Positions 13,285 to 27,226 of a stretch of 64,000 nucleotides of DNA are shown piece by piece. Under the pieces are notes generated by a model, which saw only the letters and a list, made by a program, of their open reading frames with translations, ran no database searches and was not told the DNA's origin. Source of the stretch: Octopus vulgaris (Eukaryota); contig OX597814.1 in NCBI GenBank assembly GCA_951406725.2, forward strand, positions 123,876,001-123,940,000, in the 5' to 3' direction. The position numbers and the translations under genes were made by a program. Numbering within the stretch: position 1 is the stretch's first letter; every line of letters starts with the position of its first letter.

Positions 13285-13779
13285 TATTTAATTTTTATAA
13301 GGATAGCATTATAATGTGAGTTAGTTTCAAGCAAACTTCAATTTGGGAGTCAATGAAACATTGTACATACATAATGACTAATTAAAATTGTACACGAGGG
13401 AATGAGCTGAAAAAAAATAAACATATTACAAAATCTTTTCATTTTGGAGAAAAGGCATGTTAACTAAAGTTCACTGCAGAAAGTTTAATGTGATACAAAT
13501 GAAAGGTAAATGAAATGATGGCTTACTTTCTAAGTTGTAAGACAGTAGTATTAAAGAATAGTCAAAGATAAGCTGTTTTTTCTCTGAAAGAGAGTTCTAT
13601 GGCATCATAAAACCGTAAAAGGTTTTTTGTATTACAAAGGATATACTAAAAAAGAAATATAAGTTCTATATGACTAATCCCAATGTGAGTTGCAAATAAT
13701 GAGTTTTAAGAAGAATATACAAAGCCACATTTGTTCAATAACAAAAGGGGTATCATATTTCTTTTATTTTAAATTTTTT

Positions 13780-14150
13780 CTATCTTTTACTTGTTTCACT
13801 CATTTGACTGTGGCCATGCTGGGGTACTGCTTTGAAGAATCTTTTTAGTCAAATGGATCAACCCCAGTACTTATTCTATTGGTTCTTTTGCCAAACTGCT
13901 AAGTTATGGGAATGTAAACACACCAATACTGGTTGCCAAGTTGTGGTGAGAGACAAAGACAGACACAAAGAACACACACACAAAAATATATATATGTTGG
14001 GTTTCTTTCAGTTTCCATCTGCCAAATCCACTCACAAGGCTTTGGTTGACCTGAAGCTATAATAGAAAACACTCGCCATGCTGTGGGACTGAACTGAGAA
14101 CCATTTGGTTGGGAAGCAAGCTTCTTACCTGACAGCTACATCTGAGCCTA
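13780..14150 (-). mobile_element. SINE family A (diverged)
   Basis: Homology to other copies. Confidence 0.75.
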
Positions 14151-14450
14151 TAAAATTTTGATGACATCCTTTTTAGTCTTCTCTCAGCAGCTGGTTCAAT
14201 TTGGCACCAAGATGTCTATTTATGTTTCCAGAGAGGTCCAGCAACAAAACACAATGCATTTAGCTAGAAATGCAGCCTGGCATCATATGATAGTATCCTT
14301 AACTGATGTCATGTGTGCAGTTCTTTCTTTCTGCTATGCTTGCTTCTTGCAATTAAAATAGGATTACAGTGTGTGTAATATAGAGCAGGTTTGTCATTTA
14401 ACTGTCAGGAGTGAGTACTGCCCACTATATGATGATATATGGCATACAAA

Positions 14451-14697
14451 CATGTTTTATTGTGTCTGGGGATAGTCATTTTCTTTTTGTGCCTCATAAT
14501 TTAACACACTCACCAGTAAAATTTCCACTTTTCAATAGATTTGCAACTTTTTCTTGCAACCTTTTCAATAGATTTGCATGACACAATGAAAATTTTAGGA
14601 AAATAAAAATAAAGAATATTTAGAAATTTTACCTGTGAGTGTGTTAAATTGTAAGGCACAAAAAGAAAATGACTCTCCCCAGACACAACAGAATATG
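14451..14697. mobile_element. Fold-back Penelope-like tail family T2 with a split U3-A8 HHR
   Basis: ~75-bp inverted arms (14451-14525 and 14623-14697); homologous to 54220-54350. Confidence 0.75.
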
Positions 14698-15852
14698 CTT
14701 CAACACACAAACTCACATAAGGAATCTTGCAAATCAAATCCAAAAACAAAACATGTTTTAAATATATGAAAACTGAACCTCTAAAATATAGATAGGACAG
14801 ACATGGCTGTATTGTTAAGAAGATTGCTTTGCAAACGTGTGATTTTGGGTTTAGTCTCACTGTGTGGAACGTTGGGTAAGTGTATTCTACAATAGCCTTA
14901 GGCTGACTAAAACTTTGCATGTGAATTTTGTAGACAGAAACTGTGTAGGAGTCTGTCGTACACACACACATACTCACTCACACACACACACACACACACG
15001 CGTGCGTACTTGAAGCTGAGAATTTGAATTTATGGAACACAATAAGAATGTTTATATGTCACCTGATGAAACAACAAAATCTCATAATGCAGGGAAATGG
15101 TTACATAACCAAATACCTGCCATGAGAATTACTTTGCTTGGAAACAATTGGAGTGATTACAAATAAATGCTGCTCTGTACTCCTTATTGACACTAACTTA
15201 CTCAATTATCCATTCACTCACTACAGAAGCCCCAATGCAAATCTGGCAGTAGGTAGCAGCAGGTGAAATCTGAAGGTGGATGAGCTTTATACTGTACTCT
15301 ATGTTCTTAACAAAATCTAACCTATCTCTCTTTTATATATGTATACATATGTGTGCATACATACACACATATATATGTGTGTGTGTATGCAAATAAATAT
15401 ATGTGTGTTTGTGTATGTGCCAACAATTGGTGGTGGTTTGTTTCACTCTTAACTGTTGGAAGCACTCTATATACCAAACTATGTCACATTTGAAATGCTT
15501 TTCAGTTGAGGTATGTTAACTTTGCTGAGGCAACGTGACTAGCAGAAAATACCAGTTCTGTTTTCGGTTAAGATTGGGATAATCATGAAATCTAATTTCA
15601 AATTGAAAGTGTCAAGTCCTTGTACCATAGTAGTTTAACAAAAGAGACTGACAGAATAAATATGGAATAAATACGGGGGTCAATTTATTTGACTAAATCC
15701 TTTAAGCTGATGCTCCAGCATGGCTGTAATGCAATGGCTGAAACAAGTAAAAAAGATAAATGAAACGGATAATCATTGCTAGAATGCTTTTGATCATAGG
15801 CCTGTTTAGTCAAAGCTGTCCTGGGGCTAAACAACAATAACAATAACATATA

Positions 15853-16264
15853 TACTCTTTACTCTTTTATTCTTTTACTTGTTTCAGTCATGTGACTATG
15901 GCCATGCTGGAGCACCGCCTTTAGTTGAGCAAATCGACCCCAGGACTTATTCTTTGTAAGCCTAGTACTTACTCTATTAGTCTCTTTTGCTGAACCGCTA
16001 AGTTACGGGGACGTAAACACACCAGCATCAGTTGTCAAGCGGTGTTGGGGGGACAAACACAGACACACAAACATATACACACACATACATATATATATAT
16101 ATATACGATGGGCTTCTTTCTGTTTCCACCTACCAAATCCCTTCACAAGTCTTTGGTCAGCTCGAGGCTATAGTAGAAGACACTTGCTCAAGGTGCCATG
16201 CAGTGGGACTGAACCCGGAACCATGTGGTTCGTAAGCAAGCTACTTACCACACAGCCACTCCTA
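15853..16264 (-). mobile_element. SINE family A
   Basis: Well-preserved full copy. Confidence 0.88.
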
Positions 16265-16609
16265 TGTCTATATGAAGAGTAAGATAGTGAGTTAGCCCAA
16301 TCGTTAGCATGTCTGACAAAATCCCTTGTTGCATTTCTTCCAACTCTTTATGTTTTGAGTTGAAACCCTGTCAAGGTCAACTTTGCCTTTTATCCTTTTG
16401 GGGGTGGATAAAATAAAGTACCAGTCAGGTACTCAGAGTGATGTAATTGACTTGTCCCACCCCTCAAAATTTGCTTGCCTTGAGCCCTGCAATGAGCCGG
16501 TGTCTCACTCAATGGGAATGGTATGATCCTGATTACTTTATCCCATGGAAAGTGAGTAACTAGCCTCATGAGTCCTAGGGCTAGAAAAGAAAAAGAAATG
16601 ATTATAGTG

Positions 16610-17248
16610 AGTTCATGGCTTGCAGGTCGGCCTGCTGTGCTTGAGGAGACCTATTATGTCAAGTACATCAACATCAAAATAAAAATCGTATAGATATTGT
16701 AGTTCTGATACCCGTGCCAGTGACACGTAGGGTCTCACAGAGGAAATGACGAAGATTGAGACCTCTGAGATATGCTGTGACTGTGAAGACCCGACAAATG
16801 AAGTGAGTTCATGGCTCGCCTAACGGCCTGCTGTGCTAAACTTGGATCGTAGAGTGACCTGCTGTTCGTGAGGAGACCTATTGAGTCAAGTATGTTAACA
16901 CCAACATCAAAATGGAAATCAAATGGAAATTGTAGTTAAGATACTCGTGCCAGTGACACGTTAAAAGCACCGTCCGAATGTGGCAGATGCCAGCACTGCC
17001 TGACTGGCATCCGTGTCGGTGACACGTAAAAGCACCAACTGATTGTGGCCATTTGCCAGCCTCCTCTGGTCCCTGTGCTGGTGGCACTTAAAAAGCACCC
17101 ACTACTCTCACAGAGTGTTTGGTGTTAGGAAGGGCATCCAGCTGTAGAAACACTGCCAGATTTGACTGGAGCCTGGTGCAGCCTCCTGGCTTTCCAGACC
17201 CCGGTCGAACCATCAAACTCATGCTAGCATGGAAAACAGACATTAAAC

Positions 17249-17275
<27 letters not shown>
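16610..17275 (+). mobile_element. Repeat family B: RTE-3'-related non-autonomous element with ~60-bp tandem subunits and a (GAT)n tail
   Basis: GCCAGTGCCGCCTGACTGGC..GGTGGCACGTAAAAAGCACC-type units ending in CCAACCCATGCTAGCATGGAAA..GTTAAACGATGATGAT-type tail. A similar terminus ends the RTE at ~46600. Confidence 0.75.
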
Positions 17276-17279
<4 letters not shown>

Positions 17280-17378
17280 ATCACTCTAATGTGGAGCTCA
17301 CAATTGTCTGGTAGAGGGGTCACCAACCCTTCTAGTTTGACTGTTCCACTAATATTTGGCATTTTATTCTACTTTCAG

Positions 17379-17438
17379 ACATTTAGTATTACACAAGAGG
17401 ATCATGAATTGTTTATAAAAGATGAACTCAAGAAAAAG
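17379..17438 (+). CDS. Internal coding exon (60 nt, phase 0-0) of a BAIAP3/Munc13-4-like gene: TFSITQEDHELFIKDELKKK
   Basis: ttttattctactttcag acceptor and AAG|gtacgt donor. Resembles the F....EEH segment just before C2A in UNC13D/BAIAP3. Confidence 0.7.
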
Positions 17439-18805
17439 GTACGTCTTTTAGACAAGAGCAAATATTTTGAGGAGTTTATTTTTACAATCTTTTGTTTTTT
17501 TTTGTTGTTGTTGAATTCTTCTGTTTTTAAAGAAAAAATAAATTAAGAATCTAGTTTTTTTTGGGTATTTTTTGTACCGCTTTTATTTTTATGTTGCCAT
17601 GGAAACAAACCTTCATCTTTATAGAATCAATAACTCTAACATGTTTGTTGTAAATCAATAAATGATATTTGTTATGGCACTGGGATTATGGCAGGGAGAA
17701 TGAATGTACTACTGTTGCTGCTGCTGGTGATGATGATGATGATGATGATGATGGTGGTGGTGGATGTGGTGGTATTGATGGTTATTGGGATGATGATGAT
17801 GATGATGGGAACTGTGATAGGAATGATAATGACAGTGAAGATAGTGATGGTGATGATGATGATGATGAGGTCAATAATGATGATGATGATAGTGATGACA
17901 GTGTTGTTGTTGTTGGCAGTGTTGATGATGATAATGATGATGGAGATAATGGGGTGGTGGTGGGGGATGATGGTTATAATGGTGGCAGCGATGGCAATGA
18001 TGGTAGATTAAGGAATCAACAAGGAATGATTCTGAGCACATTTGAAGAACTTTGGAATCAATCAGCTTTACAGAAATTTCGATAAAATTTCTTCCCACAA
18101 TTTTATTTATTTATTTATTTATTTATCCATTTATTTATTTATTTATTTATTTATCTATTTATTTATTTATTTATTTATTCATTTCTATAACTGAGTGTTC
18201 CTTTTTATCATAGGTTTATGGTTGAAATTGTTCCCCCCACATTCAATAGAGGAACATTCCCAGAAGAAGCAAATAATTCTCAGAGGCCTTTCATATAACT
18301 TAGTAAATACAAAAGACAAAAGCTGAAGACAGATGTGCCAATAGAGATAATGCATGTACATGTTCTGAATAGATTAGCATAAAGTTTTCAAGACATTTTT
18401 CCTTTATGCTAGTCATCCAATGAAGTTCCATTTTTGCATTCAGTGATTTGCTATGTCTCTCCAAACATTTATTTTCTGTTACAATATCTTGCTATTATAT
18501 TACCAATAGATAGCATTTGATTTCCATGAATCGTTCAGTCCCTTGTAGATTACACAGCACAAATGTTTAAGGAGCTTGATCCATGCAGAAAAAATTTAGA
18601 CGACAAGAAAAAAAAACACACAAAAACCCCCCTGAAAACAAACAAAAGAATAAAAAAAAATTTGAGTATTCGATTTTTTTTAGAAGAAAATACAAAGGTA
18701 TAAGCACGATACTGTTGTTGTTATTGTCATATTTTCATTGTTTTTGTTTTTTGTTTTCTATGGTGATTGTTAATGGTATTGCTGTTATTCTTCTTGTTGT
18801 TGCTT

Positions 18806-18814
<9 letters not shown>

Positions 18815-18843
<29 letters not shown>

Positions 18844-19103
18844 ATTGCAGCTTTGTTTTTCTCTCTTCTTGGGTGATTGTTGTTGTTATTGCTAACTTGA
18901 TTGTTATTGGTATGGCTGTCGTTGTCGTTGTTGTTGTTGTTGCTGATGTTGATGGGGGTGGTGAAGACAAAATATATTTGACAATGACGATGACGACGAC
19001 GATGATGATGATATTGTCGATGGTGGTGGTGGTGATGATGATGATGATTATGACGTTCATGTTGGTGATGACGACAGCAATGACAATAATGATGATGATG
19101 ACA

Positions 19104-19150
<47 letters not shown>

Positions 19151-19340
19151 GGTGATGACGATGATGATGATGATGACGATGATGATGACAATGATGCTGA
19201 TGATAATGATGATGATGATGATGATGACGATGATGGTGATGATGATGATGACGACAATGGTGGTGGTGATGATGACGATGATGATGATGATGATGATGAT
19301 GATGAAGATGATGGTGATGGTGGTGGCGACGATGATGATT
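18815..19340. repeat. Compound (GTT)n/(GAT)n/(GGT)n microsatellite
   Basis: Direct reading; explains the spurious ORFs here. Confidence 0.95.
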
Positions 19341-19804
19341 TTATTTTCTATGAATACAAATTGTATTATCGGAAGAAGTAAGATTCTATATTCCACTTTG
19401 GTGCACCAAACAGCTAAAGGAACAATAGCAAATAAAATATTGATAACCCTTCAAAAGTTTTCATTACACATGTGTACACACTACACATTGTCTAATACAC
19501 GTGTATGCACATTCACACAAACATTTTTTTTATTAGCTATATCTAATATTTGTGTATGTTTGCTTGTACTTGTTTGTTTGTATATATTTATTTGTGAGCT
19601 TATATGACTGTGTGTGTGTATGTGTGTGTGTATATATATATTTATGTGTGTGTGTGCGTGTGTATATATATATATTTATGTGTGTGTGTGTGTATATATA
19701 TATACACATGTATATATATATTAGATTTCTTATGCTTTAGAATTTTCCTATTTATTCATATTTACCTACACATACACCCACGTGTGTGTGTATGCATATA
19801 TATA

Positions 19805-19836
<32 letters not shown>

Positions 19837-20135
19837 CATACATATATATATATGTATATGTATGTATGTATATATTATATTCATTTATTCATATATGTGT
19901 GTATGTGCACATGTGTGTGCATGTGAGTATGCAGTTACATGAATTTATATACTTTCCCATATGTATGTATACATTCGAATAAGCACCAATGTCTGTCTAT
20001 ATAAATCACTTTATGAATATCTATCTATCTATGTATCCCCCCTCTCTCTCTATCTATGTTTCTATCTATCTTTATACATACATATATGCATACAAATACA
20101 CACACACACACATATATACATACACACATATACAT

Positions 20136-20176
<41 letters not shown>

Positions 20177-20181
20177 TATAC

Positions 20182-20254
<73 letters not shown>

Positions 20255-21680
20255 AAGAAAGAGCAAAAGAAAAAGAGCAAGAGAGAAAGGCATGTACATA
20301 AAGGCAAACATATATAAACATACATACAAACATACAAACATACATACATACATACATACATACATACATACATACATACAAACATATATATTTTGTGTGT
20401 GTATATGTTATATGCAAGCTCCACAGACTCATTATTCGCAATATAAATATACATAGAGACGCAAATTTGCACAGTCTATGAATATTTTTAAGCAAAAACT
20501 ATAATATTAGCTTTGTCATGTTACTATCTTTGGATTCATTTGTGCCATATTTCTAACAATAAGTTCTGTTGAATTCCTTCACTACTTCATATTCGGTGTG
20601 GCATATTTTAGAATTCTTAAGTGGCTTAGCTTGTTTTTAAGCAATGTCTGATGAAAGTCAGTTGATTATGTAGAATCTCAGACAGTCAAGTATATTGGTG
20701 ACTAAGAAATTGGTTCCAAGTTGTATTGAAGTTATATAATTTTTACTCCTAATTTAAACCTGATTGGACGGACCTATGATCACAGCCATTCTAACCTTGG
20801 CCATCTCATCTATTTAAGGGTATCAAGAATTACATCATATTATGTGCTCTGGATTTTTAATTATAAATGGAGGGAATTTGATTGCTATTTCTAGTAGCCT
20901 GAGTGGCCATTCAAAGGCTCTCACTTTGTTTAAAAAAATTTTCTTGAGCTCATGTAGTATTGTAATTGTAATGTATTGTAATGAGGACAGCTGTGTGAAG
21001 AAGTATCACCCTAACAGTGGAGGGAACCTGTGGAAGAGGTGACCCAGTAAGACCCTGAATGAGGTGATGAAGCATGACCTTCGAATGTTGGGCCTCACAG
21101 AAGCAATGACAATATTATATAATGTTGGATCTGATGGAATAGACCTATGATTAAAGGTATTCCAGCTATGACTATCCTGTTTAATCTGTAAGATCTAGTA
21201 TTATATTATCTAATGTTTATTTAATTTATTAAGACAGTACACTGTTACTTAAAGGAAATTTGGTTGCTATTTCCAGCAGGTCAAGCAACTATGTAATGGT
21301 TCTTTCAATGGATCTTACTATATGGAAGATATTATAGAAGCTGTTTAGCAATTGAGAAAACCTTTCATCAAATGCGTTCCAGTTATGACCATCACAACTT
21401 TATTCAAATTATAATGCAGCCATTCCCTTCCTTTATTAAGATGGTATGGTATAATAAATGGGAGATTTGGGTGCTATTTCTATTAAGATGAATGACCATA
21501 CCAAGGGCCCCTCATTGGTTGGACCACATGTTCTGCACTGAAGTGCTCCTCCTTATGGTGATGCTTACAGAACCTGAAAGATTGTTTGGAGATACATGGC
21601 TTGTTATATAGCTCTGCCAATTTATTGTATCACTAAAGCATGAAACTGTTAGTAGCTATCTTGTAAATTGTGTATCTTAA

Positions 21681-21900
21681 CCCTTTTGTTACCATATTTC
21701 TGTTGAAATGCTCTGTTTCTTTCAATTAATTTGAAATATAACAAGGAATTTAGCGGAATAACTTAGTTATCATTCAGCTAGTTTTAGGAACATAAATTGT
21801 GACTAAGGTTGGGTGGAAAATTTTAATTCAGAACTTTTGGGAACAAAACAATTATACTACAAAGCCAGAGGCAGTTTCAGGTGGGTTGGTATCAAAATGG
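21681..21900. mobile_element. piggyBac-like MITE (decayed)
   Basis: TTAA|CCCTTTTGTTACC ... GGTATCAAAATGG; right TTAA is not preserved. Confidence 0.55.
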
Positions 21901-21989
21901 TATTTATCTCTCACTGGATGGAGTACTGTTTTTGTTGATCTTACTGATAATGGAACTGTAAACATATACATATATGTATGTGTGTGTGT

Positions 21990-22350
21990 CATTATCATGC
22001 TCGAATAGTGCATTTTACATGCCACTGGCACAGGTGCTAGTCAGGAGGCACTGGCATCAGCCATGCTTGAATGGTGCTTCTTACATGCCACTGGCATGGG
22101 TGCCAGTCAGGCGGTACTGGCATCAGCCACAACTATGATCTCACTTGTCTTGCCAGGTCTTCTCAAGCACAGCATATCTCCAAAGATCTTGGTTGCTTGT
22201 CATTGCTTCTGTGAGGCCCAACATTTGAAGGTCATACTTCATCACCTCATCCCAGGTCTTCCTGGGTCTACCTCTTCCACAGCTGCCCTCATCCAAGTGC
22301 ATCACATGATCATACCAGTGCAGTTGTCTGTCTTGCACAGCACATCTGAA
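21990..22350 (-). mobile_element. Repeat family B joined to RTE C-terminal coding remnant
   Basis: RQLHWYDHVMHLDEGSCGRGRPRKTWDEV..DL..LGL. Confidence 0.8.
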
Positions 22351-22452
22351 TGACCTAAACTTGTTTTCTTTGTTTCGTCTATCTGGATGTTTTGTTGTCC
22401 CTTTCTTGTATCACCTAACTGTCTGGATGCTTTGCATTCTTGTCCCATTTTG

Positions 22453-22488
<36 letters not shown>

Positions 22489-22729
22489 TTAATTAAATAT
22501 ATTCTGTTGGAATATCATAACCTGAATTTATAATGAGTGCTCTTTGTATAAAATGTCAGAAATATTAATACTATAAAGTATTTAGACATTAAATACTAAG
22601 TAACTATTTCAAATTTTGGAAGAAAGGCAGCAATTTTAGTGTAGTTGAGACATTGATATGTAGTGCTCAGGAACAAACTCCAAGAATTACATCAGGTTCC
22701 AAACATAAGAGTTGTGAATTACTCTTTTG

Positions 22730-23387
22730 TAGGATGTGTGGCATCAAAAACAAAGTGAATGAGTGTAACAAATTGACCCCAAAAAGAATATAAAAAGAGG
22801 CATGATAACATAGCTAAGTATGTTCACTGGAGATTGTGTGAGAAGTACGAACTTGAAAGGATACTGAAATGGTATGAGCACAACCCAGAAGGTGTCACCA
22901 AGAATAATGAGTGTAAGATCTTGTGGGGTTTTACAATGCAGTGTGATTCAGTGAGTGATGCTCAGAGACCGGAAATTGTTGTAGTTGATAAAATGATGAA
23001 GGAAACCAAGATCATTGATATTGCCATACCTGGGAAGTACAAGTGGGAGACAAACATCTGGAAAAGATTGAGAAGTACCAGCCACTAAAAGATGAGGCTG
23101 CATGAATGTATGCAATGAAGAAAGTAATTGTTATCCCAGGAGTTGTAGGGGTACTGGAAGCATTAGCAATAAAGTTTGAAAAATTTGTTTGAGAAATTGG
23201 GACTGACATGAGGATAGAACATGCTAAGAAAACTGCTTTATTGGGGACAGCGAGGATTTTTCAGGTTCATACTTGGAGGTTAAGTGTCATGGAAGAAGAC
23301 CCTGTGAGATCCTTGACAACAGGTTGTTGTCTACTCTTACAGAATTAATGAGAGCAAGTGAATCAAGAACTCTTAGAAGTGAAATGG

Positions 23388-23390
<3 letters not shown>
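22730..23390 (+). mobile_element. R4/Dong-like 3' fragment ending in (TAA)n
   Basis: EYKKRHDNIAKYVHW, WYEHNPEGV..N..CKILW.F, QRPEIVVVDK, IIDIAIPG. Confidence 0.82.
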
Positions 23391-23444
<54 letters not shown>

Positions 23445-23454
23445 TAATAATGAT

Positions 23455-23912
23455 GGGCTACAGCAAATATTCTGCTCAATACCACAGATTTGGTTGTCAG
23501 TTGTTTGACCTTAACCAGTTGAGCATGTCCCTTAGTGGCTGACGATATGTGCATCTCTGATCACGAGCAGAAGTAGTGGGGGAGCATCATAGCCATGTGT
23601 TGAGAGGGATTCTTTGGGGTTTGAATAATTCACCTCTGGAAACATGGGTGGTTCTTTCAACATCCTTAAACAACCCTTATTCAGGGACCGTTTGAGCGGG
23701 ATGGGCTACTCAACCTGAAGAAAATTCTAACTGGGCCCCACCTGCAAGGTCATGTGCTGTTTATCTTGATATGAGATGACCATGTCGCGCACATATGGTT
23801 GTGATGCATGTGCCTGGTGTACCTTTATCGGATGGGTGGTCATGATGGGTATATTGGGCTTCGTATATTTTACCCCAGTGTCACTTTGATGGCATGAGCT
23901 GCTCTCTCACTC
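23455..23912 (+). mobile_element. LINE 3'-end-like repeat inserted within (TAA)n
   Basis: (TAA)n on both sides; second copy at 8530-8858. Confidence 0.7.
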
Positions 23913-24639
23913 AATAATAATAATAATAATAATAATAATGATAATAATAATGATAATAATAATGATAGTAATAATAGTTTATAAAGATTGATATAACTCT
24001 TCACAAAGGAAAACACACAATAAGAAGAGTATGATATGATTTATAATAAACAGAGTTTGACTCTGTTTATTAAACTGAACAATATTTCCACTTCCTTGGG
24101 TTCAAAATGAAAAATGGAAAAAAAAATATGAAGAAATACAGAAAAAAATTCAACATTTGAACTGGAATCATGCATTACTTTTTAGACAAAATGACATCAA
24201 GCTTTACTCTTTAATAACTGGTAACAAAAAAAAAAAAAAGAAAAAGAGCAAAGAAAAAAGAAAGCAGGATAGAGAACACTTAGTCATTAAGTTTTGTGTA
24301 AATGTGATGGAATTCTTCTATCATTTTGTTCATTCTTCCACAATGAACATATCTTACCTCACTTGCAGAGTATAATGGTCAGAAACTCAGGTGGAAGTTT
24401 TATAGGGATTAGAGGTAATGGTTAATATTTCTCTTATATTTTTTGCATCTAAAGTCTACAATAAGCAAATAAGAAACTATTTGTTTAAATCAAGGATATT
24501 TTTCTGAAATATACTGGTATCTTTCAAGCAAGACTTTTGAAATGCCAGCATAATTTCAGTGCCAGTTAATCATTAAAGGAATTCAATCATAAATTTTACA
24601 TCAGCTGATAAAATTAGGCTTAAAAGTTTGGTGACCTTG

Positions 24640-25680
24640 CTAATTTTAGCCACATCATTTCTGTGGTTTCCTTTAATCGTAATTCACTAAAACTACATTT
24701 GGTATTATGATACACAAAACTATTTGCACATTTCCAATAATCCCATATGTCAATACATACAAATCCATTTTACCCTAAAACTGGGATTTGGGATTCAGCT
24801 TAATTTTATTTATGAGGATTATTATATCAGTGGCGAAGATAAATGTGGGATGTCATGATTCTGCAAAATGACTCTGTCACTATTTGACTTTATGAAAACT
24901 TAACTTCTGTGTCCAAAACTTGATGAAAATTTAATATTGGACTTACCACAAAAATCAAGGGATGTAAGCCCTGTTCATTTTGCAACAACATGAGTTAAAT
25001 CAATTCCATTCATAAATTATAACATAACCCTAACTCTAATTTATACAGAACATGGAACCTGTAAAGATTCCCATCTGATATATACACAGCAGAATGCACC
25101 AAATGCAATTTGATTTATGCTGGTTGCACGACAGAAAAATTAGATAAAAGATCCGCTGAGCAAAGATATAATATCAGGCACAATAACAGTTGTCTGAAGG
25201 AACTTACTAAACATTTTTCATCAAATGGATGTAAATTCTTGGAATACCTGAAAGTGTCAGAAAATATTCTGACTCTATTGTACTTTCAGTCCTCAAAAAC
25301 CTACGAAGATAAAGATATTTGTGAATTACTAACATCATACCTTGGAGGAATGAACAAAATGACAAAAGAATTCCATCACATTTATACAAAATTTTTTGAT
25401 TGAATGTTCTGTACCCTGCTTTCTATTTTCCTCTTCCTTCTTTTTTTTTCTTTTTCCTTGTAACCAGTTATGTAAAAGCAGAAATTAATGATGTCATTTT
25501 GTCTAAAAAGGAATGCATGATTCCAGTACAAAAGTTAACTTTCTGTATTTCTATGATTTTTTTTTCCATTTTTCATTTTGAACCCAAAGAAGGCAGACAT
25601 ACTGTCAAAATATTGTTCATTTCAATAAACAGTCATTCTCTATTTATTACAAGCCATGTTGTGCTCTTCTTATGGCGATT
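24640..25680 (+). mobile_element. Decayed second Penelope-like element 3' end (GIY-YIG plus degenerate HHR)
   Basis: GTCKDSHLIY/AECTKCNLIYAGCTTEKLDKRSAEQRYNI...GGMN, followed by gaac-CCAAAGA-a-ggcag-acata-ctgtc-AAAATATT-gttc at 25580-25618. Confidence 0.7.
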
Positions 25681-25739
25681 GATGTAACCTTTGTGGAGAG
25701 TTACATCAATCTTCATAAATTATTATTTGAGATGCTTCA

Positions 25740-27115
25740 ACCATGATCGTGACTTTGAGATGCTTTGACCATGACAGTGTGAAATGCGTGACCCAAAAGG
25801 TTGATGGAATCCTGAAATATATTCCAACAAATGATCTAGTGGAAACAAGGGACCTGATTAAATCTGCTTCAGCTTTAGTAAGTGAACTGGTTAGGAAAAA
25901 AGAAAGGAAATCAGGCACACAGAAGAAGCCATGGTGGAAGCAGAGAATCAAAGGTGATATTAAAACCTTGTGTAAAGATCTGAGTTGCATACAAGAATGA
26001 TTCAAAGGGCAATGGAAGCATACTAAACAAAGTGTGAAGACATATCTTATTTCTTTACTACCCACAAGGCAGATTGTATAGCACAGTTCCAGCAAAACAG
26101 GTTATTCACAAATAACTAGAGGCAGTTTTTTAACAGCTTGAGTGGAGACATAGGAGATAATATACCTTCTGAAGCAGAGGAAACTCACCAATTTTGGAAT
26201 AACATCAGGGGGCAAGAGGTTTCCCCACAACCACAGTGCTGAGTGGATTCATTCCATGAGATCTGAACTCCCTCACCCTGAGACTCCATGGCAAGATCAT
26301 GTATGCATAACAACAGAAGAAACATAACAGAGTATTTGGTAAGCAGTGAACAAGACCTGCTAAAGTATATTGCTAAAACAGAAGGATTTACCACAAAGAA
26401 GTTGAGAGTGTTAATGAATTCCAGTTATGAATAGGCAACAAGATAGAATAAACACTCCTTTGTATGGAATTACATGGTCAGTTCTACCATGAAATTATCA
26501 ACTTAAAAGACCAGGAAGCATAATGGATGTGGCTCAGCAAGGATGACCTTAAAAAGAAGACTGAAAGCCTAATGATCACAGCCCAGGACCAGGCACTGAA
26601 TACCAACTCAGTGAAAAGGGATATAAGCCACACAAATGCATTGGATGTTTGCAGAATGTATTGGAAGAAGGACGAAAGTGTAAATCACATTGTTAGTACT
26701 TGTGAGAGGCTTGCACAGAAAGAGTACAAGTGCAGACATAACAAGATAGCCCAAAACCTTTACTGATTACTGTGCCCGAAATATGGATACAAGGTAATTG
26801 GTGTTTGGTACCAACATACACTAGAAAAGGTAATGGAAGGAAAGGGTGAAGACAAAAATTCTCTGGGACTTTGACTTCCAGACAGACAAGATGTTAAAGC
26901 ACTGAACGCCAGCTATAGTAGCCTTTAGGGAAGGCAAGCAAGAGTAATTTATTATCAACCACTGTTACAAAAGGTTTGCCTCCTTGGCATGGCCAGAATA
27001 ATCAGGAAAGTATTTGTTGAAAAGAACAGATAGCATGGCACCATAGGCTGCAGGTAGCAAACCCAGTATGCATGCAAGACTCCAGGAGTTACAACAAAAC
27101 CTGAAATAAATAGAA
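25740..27115 (+). mobile_element. R4/Dong-like remnant (internally deleted)
   Basis: PWWKQRI, LHGQF, WLSKDDLKKKTESLMITAQDQALNT, CRM...ESVNHIVSTCERLAQKEYKCRHN. Confidence 0.82.
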
Positions 27116-27165
27116 TAATAAAAACAACAACAATAATGATAATGATGATGATGATGATGATGATG

Positions 27166-27221
<56 letters not shown>

Positions 27222-27226
<5 letters not shown>

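Noticed and set aside
15060-15110. CTGATGA motifs here and near 20648 and 34998
   Set aside because: No correctly placed GAAA, stems or cleavage site.
18214-18298. Acceptor followed by FMVEIVPPTFNRGTFPEEANNSQRPFI*
   Set aside because: Phase is incompatible with exon 17379-17438 and no family was recognised.
17669-20495. Long poly-D/M/I/V and YI-repeat ORFs
   Set aside because: Translations of (GAT)n, (TA)n and (CA)n microsatellites.
24358-24448. Minus-strand exon-like segment with strong GAG|gtaaga donor
   Set aside because: Stop codons in all three frames; could only be non-coding.
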